A DNA stretch of 64,000 bases from positions 1 to 64,000 of the forward strand of contig CBFFRP010000152.1 in NCBI GenBank assembly GCA_965644295.1, given 5' to 3'. The position numbers and the translations under genes were made by a program. The notes under the pieces were generated by a model that made no database searches, was not told the origin of the DNA, and saw only the letters and a program-made list of their open reading frames with translations. Below, one piece after another: positions 59,175 to 64,000 of this stretch. The DNA is from Paraphysomonas bandaiensis (lineage: Eukaryota > Protista > Chrysophyceae). Each line of letters starts with the position of its first letter. The first letter of the stretch is position 1.

Positions 59175-59850
59175 GGTTTTAATCCAATTGAGGTGCATGG
59201 AACGGAGGAAGAGAAATACTCCATAGGGAGATACTGCATGATACATACAGCAATAATCCGACCGAACCAGACAAAGCTGATCAAGTTCAAGTAATTGATA
59301 ACATATTCATTAAAATTGTTTTGAAAGCGATTTAGCAGACTTAGAAAAGTGCTCTTGATAAGTTGCTGCCTCTCATTCCACAAGATCTAGAAGCTTACGG
59401 GATCGATGGCGGTTCTATATTGGAGCCTACGTATCTTGTAAGCGGAAATAACTCTTTGAAACATATGTTCGGAAATTAATATTACGAAACGTTTATCAAG
59501 ACAATCCAACTTCAAGAAGAGATAAAACCCAGGGTTTGTTCTGCAGCCGCCTCTATTGTAGACCCAGTGATTATGGATGCGGCATCCACCACCTGCGTTC
59601 CTTTATTGGAGGTTATTGCGGACTATGTTGCACAGGCATACGTCGAGGCGGTAAACGATTTTATTGCAGACATTCGGAACAATATACTCTGTAGCGTGAA
59701 GTTAATGAGAGAAATGGGCTCGAATGGAATAGCCGAGGAACTCACGAGCGCTCACCAACGTATTAACTTGGGATACCAATCTGGGCCTCTGAAGAAGTCA
59801 CAAATGATATTGTACACGATGCATCAAAATACCTTATCTATTAGACAGTA
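59175..59850 (+). pseudogene. Decayed coding remnant with several in-frame stops
   Basis: One frame reads ...VLKAI*QT*KSALDKLLPLIPQDLEAYG...MFGN*YYETFIK...DPVIMDAASTTC, continuous with ORF 59567. Confidence 0.4.
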
Positions 59851-60031
59851 TCATTACCCTCGGCCGCTGTACTATATATACCTATGGCAATCTCGTAGTC
59901 GTATAGACTGATTGATCTGGAGACAGCGTTATCGAATTGTATTGAAATGGCCACCGTAGACTCGAAGCGCAGACAACAAGAAGTCTTAGTAGATATACTG
60001 AAATGGTGGGTGAATTCTGACTGATATATAT

Positions 60032-61162
60032 CAGGGCCTGGTAACCATTAATGGTAATGGCCATTAATGGTAATGCCATTTTAATTACCGGGAACCGGAC
60101 TACCATTAATGACCTGTACTGCTATATATAGAACTGAGTGTAGTATAGTGTCTCCTCTATACTCCGAAGAAACTCTAAACAATATTAGACAACAAATGTT
60201 CATGCAACTCTACAGGCACTCTGTGGCAACCTTGTTCACTATCTTCTTAATGCATTCCACAGTTAGAGAATAATGTCCTGCGATATACATAGCAACGTAC
60301 CCATATACCCAAAAACTCTAAAATAATCATTGAAAATATGCATATTTCACCTAAAACATTCATAAAAACACTATTTTCCTCCAAAGTTGAAAGAAGCTAC
60401 AGTACACAACTAAGCGAAGTAATTATACTCTGCATTTATACCATCCAACATATTAAGCAACGACGATGGGCGTAGTAATTGATTGATGGCAGTGTAATTT
60501 ACAGAGTCTTCTTCCGAGTGGATTCAGAGAATCCTCTCAGTGCTCTGTATCTTATTTGTTCGTTGTGCAATGCTCGCCTTTAACAAGATATAGAGCGAGG
60601 TTACACGAGTTGTGTGAATCATATACCCAAGAAGGGCACCAAACATGCGGATTTTTCTTGGCGAGAGAATTTTGGGAAGTGAAAGACTTCACGGGGGCGA
60701 TTTATTGTTTTTTGTAAGAAAGAAAGTATCTCCTGCTGCAAGGAACTTATTTCGACTTGGTACCTATGAGTCCAACTACCGCTGCTTGCTTCATATTGAA
60801 GCACAATCTAATGTTGTTGAGAGGCTCTTTAGTCGTGCAAAGTTGATTATGACACCTGAGCGTAGAAACATGAATCCATATCGTCTAGAATCATTGCTAT
60901 TCCTACGAGCCAATTATATGTTGTGGGATGTCTATACCCTCCATAAAGACCTGCAAGAAGATCCTGATATGCCAGTAGAGAGCGAGAAGTAGTAAAAATT
61001 TGTAGTCTACTATTTAACTAAAAATTAGCAATTAAGGGAGTACTACACTATCTATTATATGAGTGGTGCTATCTACTTTAAGTTAGTAGGTATTAATGGC
61101 CATTGCCTGGACATTTTTCATTAATGCCATTATAATTGCTGGGAACTGGACTACCATTAATA
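60032..61162 (+). mobile_element. Degenerate hAT DNA transposon (right TIR missing)
   Basis: 5' end CAGGGCCTGG; CCATTAAT/GGGAAC.GGACTACCATTAAT subterminal repeats at both ends; SNVVERLFSRAKLIMTPERRNMNPYRLESLLFLRAN resembles the hAT C-terminal dimerisation motif. Confidence 0.82.
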
Positions 61163-61681
61163 CGATATTCTGTGAAATGTAACTCAATATGCTCAAAACT
61201 ATAAAAGAATATGCTGATAATATAGAAGAATGATTTTTCAAGTAATATTATTTGTACCACAAGTACCCTAACAAGGATATATAACTATAGAAAAAGCATG
61301 TGAACAATACAAAGCAGAGATAAAACTTTTTTATTATGAAATGTATAATCTATAATCTATAATCTATAATCTATAGTGATACAAAATTCAGTAAGTATAT
61401 ATATTTTCAAAACAATTTTTTCGATAAAGATCACATAATCATGCAATTCATCAAAATATAATATCTAACAGTACATTACAATACAATACAAAAATAATAG
61501 GTCGCAACTTCAAATGTCGCGATACCATGGAAAATAGATATGACAGAATAACAACATACAGAACAACTATAGAACATGTATACTACGAAACTCGGAGCTC
61601 TATTGATAAACTCTATTGTAAAAACGGCAGAGAATTCTATGCGCTTCCACTGATAGAAATGGAAAATACTCGGGTGTATAT

Positions 61682-63314
61682 CTACAGAGGTGTTTCGTCG
61701 ACGACTTGGTCATCATTTAGAGTAACAGAATGGACTAGAATTCCACTACCAGGAAAGTTGTTTACTTTCCTGCAACATAACACAAGAGCCTCGTCTCTGT
61801 AAGAGATATAGTGAATGGTACATGCGACATATCCAAGTAGAGCTGCCTATACAGAAAAACGATTATATGAGTTCAGTATAACGCTTCTATATAGCATACC
61901 ACGGCAAATGATGACCCGGGCCAAGGAATAACGGCATTCGTTTTAAGAGAAAACGAAAATAATAATGATATCAAATAACCAGGAAATATCGCTAGATCAT
62001 TCAGTTGATTTAGCATGCCACTAACAATGCCTAGTTAAATTGGCATTAGTCACATAAGGCTTCTTACACATAATAAATACCTTGTGTGGATGAGTCATAT
62101 TGAGATGTTATGATGGATTGATAGGCTGGGGCCCAAGAGACACTCAATGCTATTGCAGCAATGGCAGGAATCGCAACTACACGTGCCTCTGATTGACTGC
62201 AACCCATTCCAGAGATGGCCAGAAGGAGAAGACCAGTCGAAAAGAGCATTCCGGTATAAAATACAACCGGAACAGCGTGAAATCTGCTAAGGAGCAGTGG
62301 CGAAGTGATGGTCAGACCAATTCCAATCGATACCAACGTAATAGCCGTAATAAGGCTAGAATATCCATATACAAAGAGACTAAACTGAATAAAGATAATG
62401 AAAATAGTAGACGAACAAATTTGGAGCAGAAAGGTGGCAATCCAGTCCAATGGATGGGATGATAGTTTCATCAACTCAATAGAACCAACATTCAACGGAA
62501 AATTGTCGATTAAAAAATGTTTAATTTGGGCAGGAAGATATCGCCCACATATTAGGTGTCGGGCAGTTGAAGGATCCTTGCGAACTCCAATGGTATCGTT
62601 AACTGGCATTGCAACAACAACAACAATACATATTGCCCCGAGAAACATAGTAATTACAAAAGGTAGACGAATCCCTATCTTCGTTGCTAATACAGCCCCC
62701 AAAGGGGCTCCCACTACAAAAGCAGTTCCTCCAACAGCCCCGGTAAACATCCCTACACGTTTACTGCGACATATTTGGTGAGGATGTAAATCGCATATCC
62801 AAGCTAGAGACGTAAAATAGAAACAGTCAAAGGCGCCACCGATGACACCACCAGCATAAAATTCATCAGATGTATAGGCAAAATAGTAAGCAATTCGAGA
62901 AAGTATTAGAGAAATTGACGATATTATCAGAACGGGTTTACGGCCAATATAGTCGCTAAAACCAGTAGTATATCTTCCCATAACAAAACTTGCTAGGGAC
63001 CGGAGAAAAGTCGTAGTAGTGTCTACAAAGGCACTCTCACTATTTGGGTGTTCCGCGTCTCCCGAAATTCTCTCATTGATCAACAGTTTTAAAGCCACAG
63101 CATTAATCCCCATCCCAGTGAAATATAACACAGCAGCAAAGGTTACAAGAGTCGAGTCTCGTTCATGAATAGAATGTTTATTCTTCTCAGGAGTATTTAA
63201 GGGAAGAGCTGCTGACATATTAACTGAATCACCCTCATCCACTTGTAGAATCGGATGATGAGTTGGAAGCTCAGTATCTATTTTATATACGGAGCTATCA
63301 CTAATTCGAGCCAT
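61682..63314 (-). CDS. MFS transporter, TetA/DHA1-like (3 exons)
   Basis: GFSDYIGRKPVL (motif A), AWICD, GAPLGAVL, ~12 hydrophobic helices, QG|IVSG after an intron. Confidence 0.88.
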
Positions 63315-64000
63315 AACACAAGCGTATATTCCTTAAAACTTAACTGATAATAGTCTGTGTGGTCTTACTGGCTTATGTATATATAAGCCAGCATGCAACT
63401 ATATCACTCCCCATATGCTTTACTTGCTTATAAATAATCTCTAGATATCATATGCTATGATGGGATAATAACTAACTAGTAGAGTGCATTTCCCATCTTG
63501 CTATGCGTGATCGTGTATATCATATGGACATATAGGACAACAGGGTATGATTTTACCCAGGGACTTGTCCCATACATACGTACATACATACATACATACA
63601 TACCTACATACTCAATTTTTCAGTTAACGGGAAGATAGAATGACGAACGGGTTGTAGTTCAATTGACGTATTTCATAAATCAGTGGTTTGGATAGTTGGT
63701 AAATTTGTGGAAATTTGGGTGATTATTGTTAGGATTTGAGGTGATTTTTTCTGGATTTTGGGGTGATATTTATTGGATTTGGGTAGGAATTCCTTTGTAC
63801 GAAGTTTGTTCACCGGACCAGAATTTTGCAGTTTAGAAAATCCAAGATTTATTTCTAGATTTCAGAATTTTATTGTTTATTATAGCTAAAAATAGGTTAA
63901 AGTACTGCTATAGCATCGACCAATGGATTGCTTCATATGTTGTGGTGTAGTGTATCTGTGTATCATATGCAGCACTCATATCTTGATGTGGGCTGGATCG

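Noticed and set aside
1-64000. Alternative genetic code or non-canonical introns to explain fragmented ORFs
   Set aside because: The breaks examined in recognisable genes resolve with GT-AG introns, and TAA, TAG and TGA all act as true stops.

Overview
Eukaryotic nuclear DNA, AT-rich and gene-dense, with short canonical GT-AG introns (mostly 45-75 nt) and the standard genetic code. The gene families and the PS/PT-repeat surface protein suggest a stramenopile, probably chrysophyte-like (inference). About 22 intact protein genes were reconstructed by joining ORF pieces across splice sites: AAGAB/p34, SGNH hydrolase, ankyrin protein, a DUF5675-containing secreted protein, a ConA-like/SHOCT protein, RRM, PLAC8, MsrA, 2OG-Fe(II) oxygenase, DUF155/RMD1, myosin-IQ-WW-PH, a piggyBac-derived gene, a GFA-like protein, RPAP1, a ~2,450 aa LRR-IQ-B-box-EF-hand protein, BKACE, a CBL-like EF-hand protein, an AspH-like hydroxylase, Rieske ISP, an MFS transporter and three orphans. 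Almost all genes sit in head-to-head (-/+) pairs whose shared spacers carry microsatellites and small transposon-like elements. Main highlights: (1) a secreted mosaic protein with an apparently intact bacterial/phage-type DUF5675 (HxGN...GC) domain, lying between two copies of a local duplication; (2) a spliced piggyBac-transposase-derived gene that has lost two of three catalytic Asp; (3) a ~150-bp MITE family (CGTATC...GATACG ends, 2-bp TSDs) found only upstream of genes, with an empty site preserved in a paralogous locus; (4) hAT remnants including a one-ended insertion. No CRISPR array, tRNA or rRNA was seen. All domain calls are by motif recognition only; no searches were run.
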